The position numbers were made by a program, and so were the translations under genes. The notes below the pieces were generated by a model. It was not told where the DNA came from and did not search any database. It saw nothing but the letters and a program-made list of their open reading frames with translations. A stretch of DNA of 64,000 nucleotides, from IMG/VR virus record IMGVR_UViG_3300048913_000302, positions 1-64,000 of that record; one strand, written 5' to 3'. Origin of the DNA: an uncultured virus (IMG/VR IMGVR_UViG_3300048913_000302) (lineage: Duplodnaviria > Heunggongvirae > Uroviricota > Caudoviricetes). Shown in pieces: positions 8,962-17,199 of this stretch (position 1 is the stretch's first letter; every line of letters begins with the position of its first letter).

Positions 8962-9180
8962 GCGTGGATGCTTCGGACGGTTCTGGGCAAACCGTACGAT
9001 TCAAGCTCTCCCAGGGTCCCGACTCTCCCGGGGTAGAGCCGCCGCAGGTCGTTCCCCCGGACGACCTTCAGTCACGTCGCTTATAAGGGGAGCGGCGGGG
9101 CTAGCTGGAGACTGAGCGCTCAGCCGTTAGCATATTCTCTCGTGGCCGGGGCGGGAATGTGCTAACGGATGAAGTATCGG
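8962..9180 (+). ncRNA. Candidate structured ncRNA (~215 nt, closed multi-helix fold)
   Basis: Intergenic; starts at TATG 8959-8962; ends pair (gatgcttc/gaagtatc); five internal helices; followed by a UUCG hairpin. Confidence 0.6.
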
Positions 9181-9193
9181 TCAGAAAAGGTGT

Positions 9194-9238
9194 GTAGACC
9201 TCCTAGGGCTTCGGTCCTAGGAGGTCTGTATGCTGTAA
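9194..9238 (+). terminator. Hairpin (cUUCGg) + TATGCTGTAA
   Basis: agacctcctaggg-cttcgg-tcctaggaggtct. Confidence 0.75.
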
Positions 9239-9303
9239 CTTTAAAAATATGCTGGTAATACATTGTAGTCTTGATTAACCATCATCCATTAGGAGCAAGA
9301 CAA

Positions 9304-10125
9304 ATGAACTATCTGTCCCCTGAAGAACGCCGTGTCGTTAACGCCGTAAGTAACTGGCCGCGCCGTCCTCTCAACGCTGTAGAAACAGCGGTGCGCAACA
9401 TCAGCAACTTAGTGATCGGTTACCGTGGTATCGGTACCATTGCCGTAGGTCGTGCGGAAGCTATCAAGCAAGTCATCGCCGACCTGGACGCTGCGACCAG
9501 CAACTACCAGGTACGTGAGCTGGCACGGGCGGCGATCGACGATGATGGCAAGTTGAAGGAGTTGATCGGTAAATACCCTCACGTCGAATTCCATGACGTG
9601 CTCAACAACCCTCCTGTTGACGGGATCATGGGCCTGGCGCTGAGTGGCGTGAAGGAAACTTCCATCGTCAGTGCTCTGGAGTGGTTGCGAGACTTCCGGA
9701 AGGTGGTCTTCCAACTCCCGGATTACGGCCATGCCTACCACGTCCACACCCCGAACACCCCGCACAACGTCCTGCGTAATGCAGCAATCAATGACGGGTT
9801 CGAAGCAGGTTTCGGAATCGCACTGCGTAAAGATCTGCAAGACGAAATCAATCGTCTCTTCCACGTTAAGCATCAGAACGACCTGTATCTGATCGAACAA
9901 CACCAGTTGTATCTATTGTCGGTAGATGAAGTGCTACATCGTTTCGGAATTGGGCTGCCGATCAAGGTAACCCCATGCCGTGAAAAGACCTTCACCGTAA
10001 CTATGACCTTCTCGCGCTCCGCATACGTCGGGCGGGCTAACGTTCCGGTCCTCTCGGTATCAGCTACCTCGTACCCGCTCCTCGACGTCGGTGACGTAGG
10101 ACAGCTCTACCACTTCGCCCTGTAA
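9304..10125 (+). CDS. Hypothetical protein
   Basis: ATG 9304 with AGGAG SD; 273 aa. Confidence 0.75.
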   Translation: MNYLSPEERRVVNAVSNWPRRPLNAVETAVRNISNLVIGYRGIGTIAVGRAEAIKQVIADLDAATSNYQVRELARAAIDDDGKLKELIGKYPHVEFHDVLNNPPVDGIMGLALSGVKETSIVSALEWLRDFRKVVFQLPDYGHAYHVHTPNTPHNVLRNAAINDGFEAGFGIALRKDLQDEINRLFHVKHQNDLYLIEQHQLYLLSVDEVLHRFGIGLPIKVTPCREKTFTVTMTFSRSAYVGRANVPVLSVSATSYPLLDVGDVGQLYHFAL

Positions 10126-10137
10126 GAGGTATTCAAA

Positions 10138-10290
10138 ATGTCTCGCCTTCCTGATGACCCCAAACCGCTCGACCCGGCAGACGTTGCTGAAGAGTTGTTC
10201 GTGAATTACAACACGCGTCAGGAAGACGACAGCAACAATGAAGGAGTTGAAGATGACGATGGAGAAGAGTCCAGCGATGAAGAAGAATGA
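10138..10290 (+). CDS. Small highly acidic protein (50 aa, absent from ORF track)
   Basis: GAGG SD; MSRLPDDPKPLDPADVAEELFVNYNTRQEDDSNNEGVEDDDGEESSDEEE*. Confidence 0.65.
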   Translation: MSRLPDDPKPLDPADVAEELFVNYNTRQEDDSNNEGVEDDDGEESSDEEE

Positions 10291-10588
10291 TGTCTTCTCT
10301 AAGCTGGGTAAACACAATTGTCGCATCGTCGATCATGTACAGTCCCTGCACGCTTCCGGAGGCGATCTGGAAGCAGTTGCAGTTGTTTTGGACTCGTACT
10401 ACGAGGTAGCGAATCCGCTTATCTACAGCGCACTGCAGAGCTTTGCAGATGTACGCTTAAAGAACGCGGAGTCCGTTTTGACAGAGGGTAAAATCCATCT
10501 GCTACACACGGAGGAATCCGTACCTCAGGTGGACATGGATCGAGTGCTCGAAAGAGTCTGTTCGATCACGAGGACTGGTGGGGCGTGA
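10277..10588 (+). CDS. Hypothetical protein
   Basis: In-frame ATG overlapping the end of the acidic ORF; start uncertain. Confidence 0.6.
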   Translation: MKKNDVFSKLGKHNCRIVDHVQSLHASGGDLEAVAVVLDSYYEVANPLIYSALQSFADVRLKNAESVLTEGKIHLLHTEESVPQVDMDRVLERVCSITRTGGA

Positions 10589-10614
10589 GCCTCACCGCCT
10601 CTTTCTTTTTTTTT
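10577..10614 (+). terminator. Hairpin (GTGA loop) + U-tract
   Basis: ggtggggc-gtga-gcctcacc then T-run. Confidence 0.65.
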
Positions 10615-10626
10615 GTTATATCCTAT

Positions 10627-10820
10627 GTAGAGAATGTTGTTCCGCAGCTCATTCACAATTTGAAGATCGCAAGAATCACAGTAAGGGCAGAGTGCGCTCG
10701 TCCAGCTCCCTGATTTGAGCAACGCGCGGTAAGACCGCCTTAGATACGCTTTCCTGGAAGTTTAGCGTAGACCTTAGTATCGACTCATCACCGGTGCTTT
10801 GGTATTGATAAAAGAGTCAA
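10627..10820 (+). ncRNA. Second candidate structured ncRNA
   Basis: No plausible ORF; begins at atccTATGtag; several short helices; ends at hairpin 10823-10844 + TATGCTGTAA. Confidence 0.35.
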
Positions 10821-10909
10821 TAGCCGAGGGAGACGTCCCTCGGCGTTCTATGCTGTAACTTGTTAAATCCGACCTGTATTTGATGTCCAATACTCAATGC
10901 AGGTGAGTC

Positions 10910-11503
10910 ATGAATAACAACCTCCGTGTGGCTGTCATCGGTCCTGTCGGACGTGGTAAGAGTCACGTCATGCACACGATCGAGAAAGCACTGGTCGAAG
11001 AATACGGCGAGTTGATCCAGATCGAATCCGAGGACCTCGCTCAAGAGCGACATCATGTCGGTGAGGATATCAACGGTTGGCAACGGCCCAACTGTGAGAC
11101 GATCACGCTTCATGAAATGACTGAAGGTCAGCTCCAGAAGCAGCGCTACAAGTTCGCGCTCGTCGAACCTGAGGGAGCTTCTCGTTCTTATCGCCTGTTG
11201 ATCGAAACCATCGAAGAGACGATTGTCTCCGCTACGGTCAACAAACACGGCAGTGAACCTGCAGTTATCTTGTGTCTGCATGGCGATGAGTTCAAGTTAC
11301 AAGAAATCATTCATCTGTTGTGCGCGCCAAAAGCAGGTTTCTACGAGCCGCAATTTGTTCTGGAAGACGTTGGTCTATCAGGCACGTTGTTCGCTACCAG
11401 CATTACCGGTACGATTAAGTCGCTTGAACTGATCGGCCAAGCCAAGGTTCGAGGCACTGGGCTCGAAGGTCCGACTGCCCTCAATCTGATCCTGACGTAC
11501 TAA
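10910..11503 (+). CDS. Hypothetical protein with N-terminal P-loop
   Basis: LRVAVIGPVGRGKS Walker A-like motif; no clear complete NTPase domain. Confidence 0.7.
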   Translation: MNNNLRVAVIGPVGRGKSHVMHTIEKALVEEYGELIQIESEDLAQERHHVGEDINGWQRPNCETITLHEMTEGQLQKQRYKFALVEPEGASRSYRLLIETIEETIVSATVNKHGSEPAVILCLHGDEFKLQEIIHLLCAPKAGFYEPQFVLEDVGLSGTLFATSITGTIKSLELIGQAKVRGTGLEGPTALNLILTY

Positions 11504-11533
11504 CCCTCACATCCACCAAAGGAAATCGTTCCC

Positions 11534-12547
11534 ATGGAACAAGCCCAACCGCAAGAACAAACCCAGGAACCACAAGCTCCTGTGAAGCTCAGCAAGTACT
11601 CGCGCGGCGACAAGGTTCGTCATCGCAAGACTGGCGTCGAGTACTTCATCCAGATCACCCCGGATGAATTCGTCAGACTGGAAGCTACCGGTGAACTGGC
11701 CTACGGTTACGCTGCTGCTGGCACTGCCGTAAGCGTTGATAGTCCGATCTGGTTCCGCAGTCAAGCGGAGATCGAAGACACCGAGCGCTACGACCACATC
11801 CCGGCACCGGCCGATCCACGCCTGGACCCTGAGTTCGTAGAGCGTGAGAAAGCGCAAGAGAAAGAATTCTTCGCTGCGTTTCAAACCGAAGTGACTCGTC
11901 TGGTTACCGAAGCTGACCTGAAGGCCGACTTCGATCGTCCTGCGCTGCTGGAAACGCTCAAGGCCGGTCTGGTGAAGTTCGCCACCGACACCTACGGCGA
12001 CAAGTTCGAAATCCTGATCGATAACGTCTGGATGGTCGAACACGCAGGTAAGGGCGGTGTGCCGGTTTATATCGCTGACCACACCAACGGCTTCCAGCAT
12101 GAGCTGTCGACTCTGTTCGACTTCCCGGCTGAAGGTAAGCCTGCACCGAAGTTCTCGGAAGATGCGCCGATCACGACCCACAAGGTCGAGGGTATCGATA
12201 CCAGCATCCAGGTCCGTCGGATGGTTCCTACCGACTTCCCTGACTCGTACGACTTCTACCTGATCAACGGTTTCGCCACTGAAGGCGTTGGCGGTATCCG
12301 TCCTCAGACCGGCAACCTGATTCAATTCCAGTCCGGTCCAGTTGACCAGATCGGCCACACCGGCGTGACCTTCGAAAGTCTGCTGGCTGTACAGATCCAT
12401 CGCCTGGAGCACTTCAACCAAGGCGAGATGCACTGCGAAGAGAATGACGTTGCTCTGGCCGGTATGTATCAGGCCATGGAAGCGCTCAAGTCTCGCGCTC
12501 TGCGTCGCCAGCAGGCTGGTCTGCTGGGCGTTAAGCAAGAAGAGTAA
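11534..12547 (+). CDS. Multidomain protein: N-terminal DUF1653-like/SH3-like domain + C-terminal Tad1-family anti-defence sponge domain
   Basis: IQFQSGP...GVTFESLLAVQIHRLEHFNQG...EN..AL....A...L..R..RR...GLLG matches the Tad1 pattern IKFQKG...GV...DLL.IV.DRL.SFQ.G...REN..AL...EEA.MW...R...R..R.VLG. Confidence 0.75.
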   Translation: MEQAQPQEQTQEPQAPVKLSKYSRGDKVRHRKTGVEYFIQITPDEFVRLEATGELAYGYAAAGTAVSVDSPIWFRSQAEIEDTERYDHIPAPADPRLDPEFVEREKAQEKEFFAAFQTEVTRLVTEADLKADFDRPALLETLKAGLVKFATDTYGDKFEILIDNVWMVEHAGKGGVPVYIADHTNGFQHELSTLFDFPAEGKPAPKFSEDAPITTHKVEGIDTSIQVRRMVPTDFPDSYDFYLINGFATEGVGGIRPQTGNLIQFQSGPVDQIGHTGVTFESLLAVQIHRLEHFNQGEMHCEENDVALAGMYQAMEALKSRALRRQQAGLLGVKQEE

Positions 12548-12553
12548 TCTTCA

Positions 12554-12592
12554 CCACCTGAGGGTTTGCGCCCTCAGGTGGGCTCTATGCCG
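12554..12592 (+). terminator. Hairpin + TATGCCG
   Basis: ccacctgagggt-ttgc-gccctcaggtgg. Confidence 0.7.
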
Positions 12593-12641
12593 TGAATCCT
12601 ATGTAGCGAAATCCCTCGCTACTTTTCGAGAGATCGATACC

Positions 12642-13166
12642 ATGGCAAAGATCAACCCGTCCATCACGGCTCAGGAGAACGTCCTGGCACTGGTCAACAG
12701 TGCGAACGCCGGTCTGAACGCCACTCTGGCCAAAGTTACCGTCGGTGCGCCTTCGGCCGCTGCCGGTACTGGCGGTCGTAACACCTCGGTGACCTTCACC
12801 GCAATCGCCAACCAGGGTTTCTCTGGTTCGCAGACTTTCTCCTACACCCGTCTGGCTCTGGCTTCCGGCCAGGCAATCGCTGCCGCCAAAGATATTCCGG
12901 TGGTGATCGCAGCTTCCGACACCGACCCACAGGTCAAGACCAAGATCGCTACCGCTCTGGGTCTGCTGGAATCCGAATTCACTCTGTCGAACATCGTTCG
13001 CCCAGTGAACGAAGATACCCCGGGTTCGGCCGACGTGGTCGCCAACGTGTCCAGCTTGCTGTACACCGGCACCTACGCCGCCGTCCTGGACATCCCGGAC
13101 GCTGACGTCCCTTTGGATGAAGCGGCGACTACCACTGACCTGAGTGGTTTCGACGCCGAGGCTTAA
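12642..13166 (+). CDS. Virion tail/fibre module, family A
   Basis: NTSV..TA...GF.G...FSYTRL.L motif; C-terminal TTDLSGF; preceded by atccTATGtag. Confidence 0.7.
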   Translation: MAKINPSITAQENVLALVNSANAGLNATLAKVTVGAPSAAAGTGGRNTSVTFTAIANQGFSGSQTFSYTRLALASGQAIAAAKDIPVVIAASDTDPQVKTKIATALGLLESEFTLSNIVRPVNEDTPGSADVVANVSSLLYTGTYAAVLDIPDADVPLDEAATTTDLSGFDAEA

Positions 13167-13178
13167 TCCTTACGGCAA

Positions 13179-13217
13179 CGACATACAGCCGGGGCATTGC
13201 GCCCCGGCTGTATGCTG
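13179..13217. terminator. Bidirectional hairpin with TATG flanks
   Basis: catacagccggggc-attgc-gccccggctgtatg between convergent genes. Confidence 0.75.
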
Positions 13218-13219
13218 CT

Positions 13220-14422
13220 TTATGCTGGATCGAATCCAGAGAGATCGGTGTTCGGTGCAGCTTGCGCAAGCGTTGGAGCAGACTTGAACGGTTTCGGCGT
13301 GTAGTCGATCGGATACCGAGCGAACTTACTGAGACGAACATGACTGATGTTTTGCGCCAGAAGTCCCAGGGTAATCCGGTCACACGCTGCAACACCGGCG
13401 CCTGCGGAAAACGATTTACTGTTGTAGGTCGAACCGGTACCATTGGCCATGTTGGTAGCTTTACCGTCCACAAACATGGTGATGAGACCATTCTTCTTCT
13501 GAGCGGCGTAACGAGTCAGCACGCCGTTCTTCGCAACGCTGCCGAACGGGAAGTTCCATGCACCGGCTTGTGTCGAGAAGTCGATACCTTGCTGTATCCT
13601 CAGACCGAAACCAGAATCGGAAGTCCGTTGCACCAGCTGGTACGCCGTCGCACTGCCAAGACGGAGCAGGTTAGCGTAGCCTGTGGTGGTCGTGTTCAAA
13701 CGACTCGACCATTCCAGCGTCCATTCAGGAATACTCGAATCAAACAACTGACCGAGGTTGATCGTCAGGGAACCCGTACCGGTGATCTTCAGGGTAGGTT
13801 CCCCATCAATCAAGTACGTGTTGTCCTGCGCTGCACTTGCCAGCGTACCCGTCGAACCTGTGGTCTTGACGTCAGTCAACGAGTTCACGTCGAACAACAT
13901 CCACGGCTCACCTGCGATCTCACCTGCGTAAACCTTGAAGGTCGACCCAGGCAGGAAGAAGTAACTCGTGGAAGCAGCTTTCAGATCGACCGAGTTTGTC
14001 CCAACCGGAATGGCCTCATTCACGATGTCTCCAGTAACCAACGTCAAGCCCGTGGCTGTGTTGATCAGAGGGATAAGGTCGTGAGTGGTACCTACCGTGA
14101 AAGCTCCATCACCGGGAATGGTGAGGTTGTTCAACACCGCTGACAGACTGCCACTGACTCGGTTGTATCGAGCCGTGAACGTCCCTTTAAACCCCTTGTT
14201 AGGGATTGATGTCAGTGTCACCGAGGTATTGAACAACGTGTCGCCTGTCGTTGCTACAGGCGCACCAACCGTGACCTGTGCTGAGGTGAGTGTGATGCCC
14301 TGCTCCTTGTTGATCGCTGTAAGAATCGCAGCAGGACCAGGGGTACCAAACGGCGGAAGATTATTCACGCCGTACATCGCAAACACGTCAAGCGATCGAA
14401 GTACGAATTTAGGGTTAGCCAT
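13220..14422 (-). CDS. Tail fibre: family A module + LamG/concanavalin-like domain
   Basis: ARYNRV motif; WTLEW...ISHVRLSKFARY; C-terminal NTDLSGF. Confidence 0.65.
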   Translation of the reverse strand: MANPKFVLRSLDVFAMYGVNNLPPFGTPGPAAILTAINKEQGITLTSAQVTVGAPVATTGDTLFNTSVTLTSIPNKGFKGTFTARYNRVSGSLSAVLNNLTIPGDGAFTVGTTHDLIPLINTATGLTLVTGDIVNEAIPVGTNSVDLKAASTSYFFLPGSTFKVYAGEIAGEPWMLFDVNSLTDVKTTGSTGTLASAAQDNTYLIDGEPTLKITGTGSLTINLGQLFDSSIPEWTLEWSSRLNTTTTGYANLLRLGSATAYQLVQRTSDSGFGLRIQQGIDFSTQAGAWNFPFGSVAKNGVLTRYAAQKKNGLITMFVDGKATNMANGTGSTYNSKSFSAGAGVAACDRITLGLLAQNISHVRLSKFARYPIDYTPKPFKSAPTLAQAAPNTDLSGFDPA

Positions 14423-14425
14423 GGA

Positions 14426-15517
14426 TTACACCTTCGGTTTGGCTTTGACGGTAAGGCCCGCCAACGCTGGCTGAGTCCATGGTAGCCCGCCTGGGGTTTT
14501 AGTGAGGAACAACATCCGGTCGTAGAACGTCTGCGCAGCTACCATCGCTACGTTGGCATCCGAAGACTCCACCCCACCGACCGTAGCGGAGACGCCCAAG
14601 TTGCCCGTGGCATTTACACTCACTGCTGAGCGTCCCTTCACGAGGATACCGTTGAGAACGGCATTCACTGGAATGTTGGTGGGGTTGTAGGTGATACTAC
14701 CCGGCGTCATCGCATCGTCGGTGGTGAGGGTTGGAGCGCCGATGGCAGTGGATGGGTTACTGTACCCCGTCTTCAAGACCGAAGTCGCAGTGCCAGTACT
14801 AGCAGTCCAGGCAGTAGCCGCCACTGTATCGACAGGTACCTTTTCCACCACCTGAGGACCCAGAAACTGAGCGAGTTCCCCAGCCTCCCACTCGACGCAG
14901 TAGAAATCACGCCACCAGAAGTAGTGGGTTTGGCCCTGACTGATACTGTACGAGAAGCTGGCACCGATACCCACATAAACGCTGGTACCGCCAGGCGACG
15001 CAGATACTGCGGTGGCCATCCAAGCAGGCATGGCCATCTGCGCCAGTGGTTTACCATCGACACGGCGATCGATAGTGTTGTTCGCAAAGTTCAAGTTAAA
15101 CTCTACGTAGTACGACTTATCGATCACGTAACCGGGCAGATCCGTGATCTGGAACAGGTTGACCAGGTTATTGATGTCTACCGCGGAAGACAACGTCACC
15201 ACAGTACTGCCGGTGTATCCGGTACCGGCCTTTACCCGAACGCCAAAGTACAAGTTCGAGGTTGGTGTAACGACTGGGATCATTTCCTTGATGTCAGCTA
15301 CGGCGCGGAATCGATAGTTGCCAAAGTTCGGAGCTCCGGCACCGATCCCCATTCTCAGCCATCCATCCGTCCAAACCTGGATACTGAAATTGGTTTCGCT
15401 GTTTGTCGACATCGACTGCCACGGCCCGTTTGGCAGCCGAGTGATAAGTACGTTACTGCCGTTGCCTGTCGCGTTCGTGGTCGGCAGGTCCAAACCGTAC
15501 ATCGCATGAATCTTCAT
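14426..15517 (-). CDS. Tail/fibre protein, family B (beta-sandwich, putative receptor-binding)
   Basis: AMYGLD...YVEF...RDFY...LGPQ...PGG.PWT. Confidence 0.65.
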   Translation of the reverse strand: MKIHAMYGLDLPTTNATGNGSNVLITRLPNGPWQSMSTNSETNFSIQVWTDGWLRMGIGAGAPNFGNYRFRAVADIKEMIPVVTPTSNLYFGVRVKAGTGYTGSTVVTLSSAVDINNLVNLFQITDLPGYVIDKSYYVEFNLNFANNTIDRRVDGKPLAQMAMPAWMATAVSASPGGTSVYVGIGASFSYSISQGQTHYFWWRDFYCVEWEAGELAQFLGPQVVEKVPVDTVAATAWTASTGTATSVLKTGYSNPSTAIGAPTLTTDDAMTPGSITYNPTNIPVNAVLNGILVKGRSAVSVNATGNLGVSATVGGVESSDANVAMVAAQTFYDRMLFLTKTPGGLPWTQPALAGLTVKAKPKV

Positions 15518-15530
15518 GGTTTGTTTTTCC

Positions 15531-16202
15531 TTACGACCAGAGGATCGTGTCAGTTTTGAACTGAGCTGCCAGCGACGGTGTGTTACCCACTTGGCACTGA
15601 GTCCCTGGAATGAACAGATAACTGGTAGCCGCTGCAGTCAGAGTGACTTCCACGTACCCTGCTGGAATGTCCTCATTCACGATGTCGTTCGTGGTGAGTT
15701 GCATGCCGGTGAGAGTGTTGATCGCTGGAATCAGGGCGTGGGTGTTAGCCGCGCTCCCGATCACGATCGAACTCAGACTCGGCATCCGTGACAGATAAAT
15801 CCGGTTGTAGTGGAAGTACATCTCCCCTGACAATAAGGCTACCGCATTCGGTGTCAACTTCACCTTGGCGTTGTAGTCGGTCTCGGTACCGAGCTCCACA
15901 GCACCCAAATTGAAGTGCGAGGCTGGACGGGCACTCTTCAACCGAACGAGGATCATGTCCATCAATGCCACTGCTGCCGTCTTACCTTTCGGCAAGTCCT
16001 GGAACGGGACCATGGCGTAGCCATTGATGGTCCGCAACTGAACGGGCGCTGGCGCAGTCACCATCACGTAACCACGGATGTCTCGCAGTTGGACGGGCGC
16101 AGGTGGGTTAGCCAGCACGTAACCCTGAATGTTGGCGATGTTCACCGGCGAGGCTAGGCGCGTCAATGCGTAGCCTTGGATGTTTGCAATATTGACTGGC
16201 AT
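15531..16202 (-). CDS. Family A module with four N-terminal 17-aa repeats
   Basis: PV.(I/L)..I.GY(A/V)(L/M) x4; FHYNRIYL. Confidence 0.7.
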   Translation of the reverse strand: MPVNIANIQGYALTRLASPVNIANIQGYVLANPPAPVQLRDIRGYVMVTAPAPVQLRTINGYAMVPFQDLPKGKTAAVALMDMILVRLKSARPASHFNLGAVELGTETDYNAKVKLTPNAVALLSGEMYFHYNRIYLSRMPSLSSIVIGSAANTHALIPAINTLTGMQLTTNDIVNEDIPAGYVEVTLTAAATSYLFIPGTQCQVGNTPSLAAQFKTDTILWS

Positions 16203-16213
16203 GGAGAATCCCC

Positions 16214-17182
16214 TTAAACATCAGGCGTCAGGACAAGATCCGTAGCGTCGATGTTGGTATTGGTCCACGGGGTGCCATTCGGAGCCTTGTGGAACACACC
16301 GAACCCAAGACTGTACGCATAGTTGGTGATCGGCGCAACGGGCGTCAGACCTGCAACATCCGTACCGCCCGTCGAGATCTTCGCCGCGACTTTCGCCGTA
16401 CTGGTCGTGGTCGAACGACCACCGCCCATGAGTTCGATGGCATTGACCACGACACCCGCAGGCATTGAGGACTTGAGACTCACCGTCAGAGGAGCGTTGG
16501 AAGCCGACGTTGCGATTTTAGCCGTAGGGACCGCACCAGGCTCGTTCAACGCTTCGAGCAGGGTGGCACCACTCGGAGTGGTGGTCCAGTCCGAAGCCGA
16601 AGCCGCATCCAAAGTGATGGGGTAAGTCACCTGAGCGCCAAGAGGACCTACCGGCAAACCTTGTGCAGCTCCCTGATCATCGACGACGTAGATATCACGC
16701 CAGTCGTATCGACCGTTGAGACTACCCTTGGCTTCCAAGCCGAACGTGAGGTTACGCAGACCTGCACCAGGACTGGTACCGTTAGCCTGTTTGACGCCAT
16801 TGATCCAACGTTCTACAGCACCACTGGCAACGTCGTAGGAGAACTCAAGGTACGTGGTAGTACCCGTGACGCCGATCAACGTATCCAACAACACGTAGGT
16901 GCCGTTCAGGTAGATGATGCCTGCACCGCCACGCGCGTTGAGAGTAGAACGGCAGCGGATACCGAACCAGATCTTGGCTACCGGAGCGACCAGGTATTTG
17001 TCGAGAGGAATACTTACTCGCTCAGCGCCCGATGCAGTAGCGTTACTGACCAGCCATCCGTTGACGATGGTGTTTTGGGCCGACAAGTCTGCGGCGCGCG
17101 TCATGTCGTGACTGGCGTAGTTAATCCAGCTCGTGTCATTCTGCGGCAGGTGGTCGAACCCGATAATTGCTCTAACTGCCAT
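16214..17182 (-). CDS. Tail/fibre protein, family B
   Basis: RAIIGFDH...YLEF...RDIYVVD...GPLGAQ...APNGTPWT. Confidence 0.7.
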   Translation of the reverse strand: MAVRAIIGFDHLPQNDTSWINYASHDMTRAADLSAQNTIVNGWLVSNATASGAERVSIPLDKYLVAPVAKIWFGIRCRSTLNARGGAGIIYLNGTYVLLDTLIGVTGTTTYLEFSYDVASGAVERWINGVKQANGTSPGAGLRNLTFGLEAKGSLNGRYDWRDIYVVDDQGAAQGLPVGPLGAQVTYPITLDAASASDWTTTPSGATLLEALNEPGAVPTAKIATSASNAPLTVSLKSSMPAGVVVNAIELMGGGRSTTTSTAKVAAKISTGGTDVAGLTPVAPITNYAYSLGFGVFHKAPNGTPWTNTNIDATDLVLTPDV

Positions 17183-17199
17183 GATGATAAATCCTCGAA

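Noticed and set aside
8837..9115. 92-aa ORF overlapping the GNAT end and the structured region
   Set aside because: No SD, overlaps GNAT out of frame, atypical composition; RNA structure explains the region better.
8962..9180. tRNA, tmRNA or self-splicing intron
   Set aside because: No cloverleaf with T-loop/CCA, no tag ORF, and no interrupted host gene or recognisable catalytic core.
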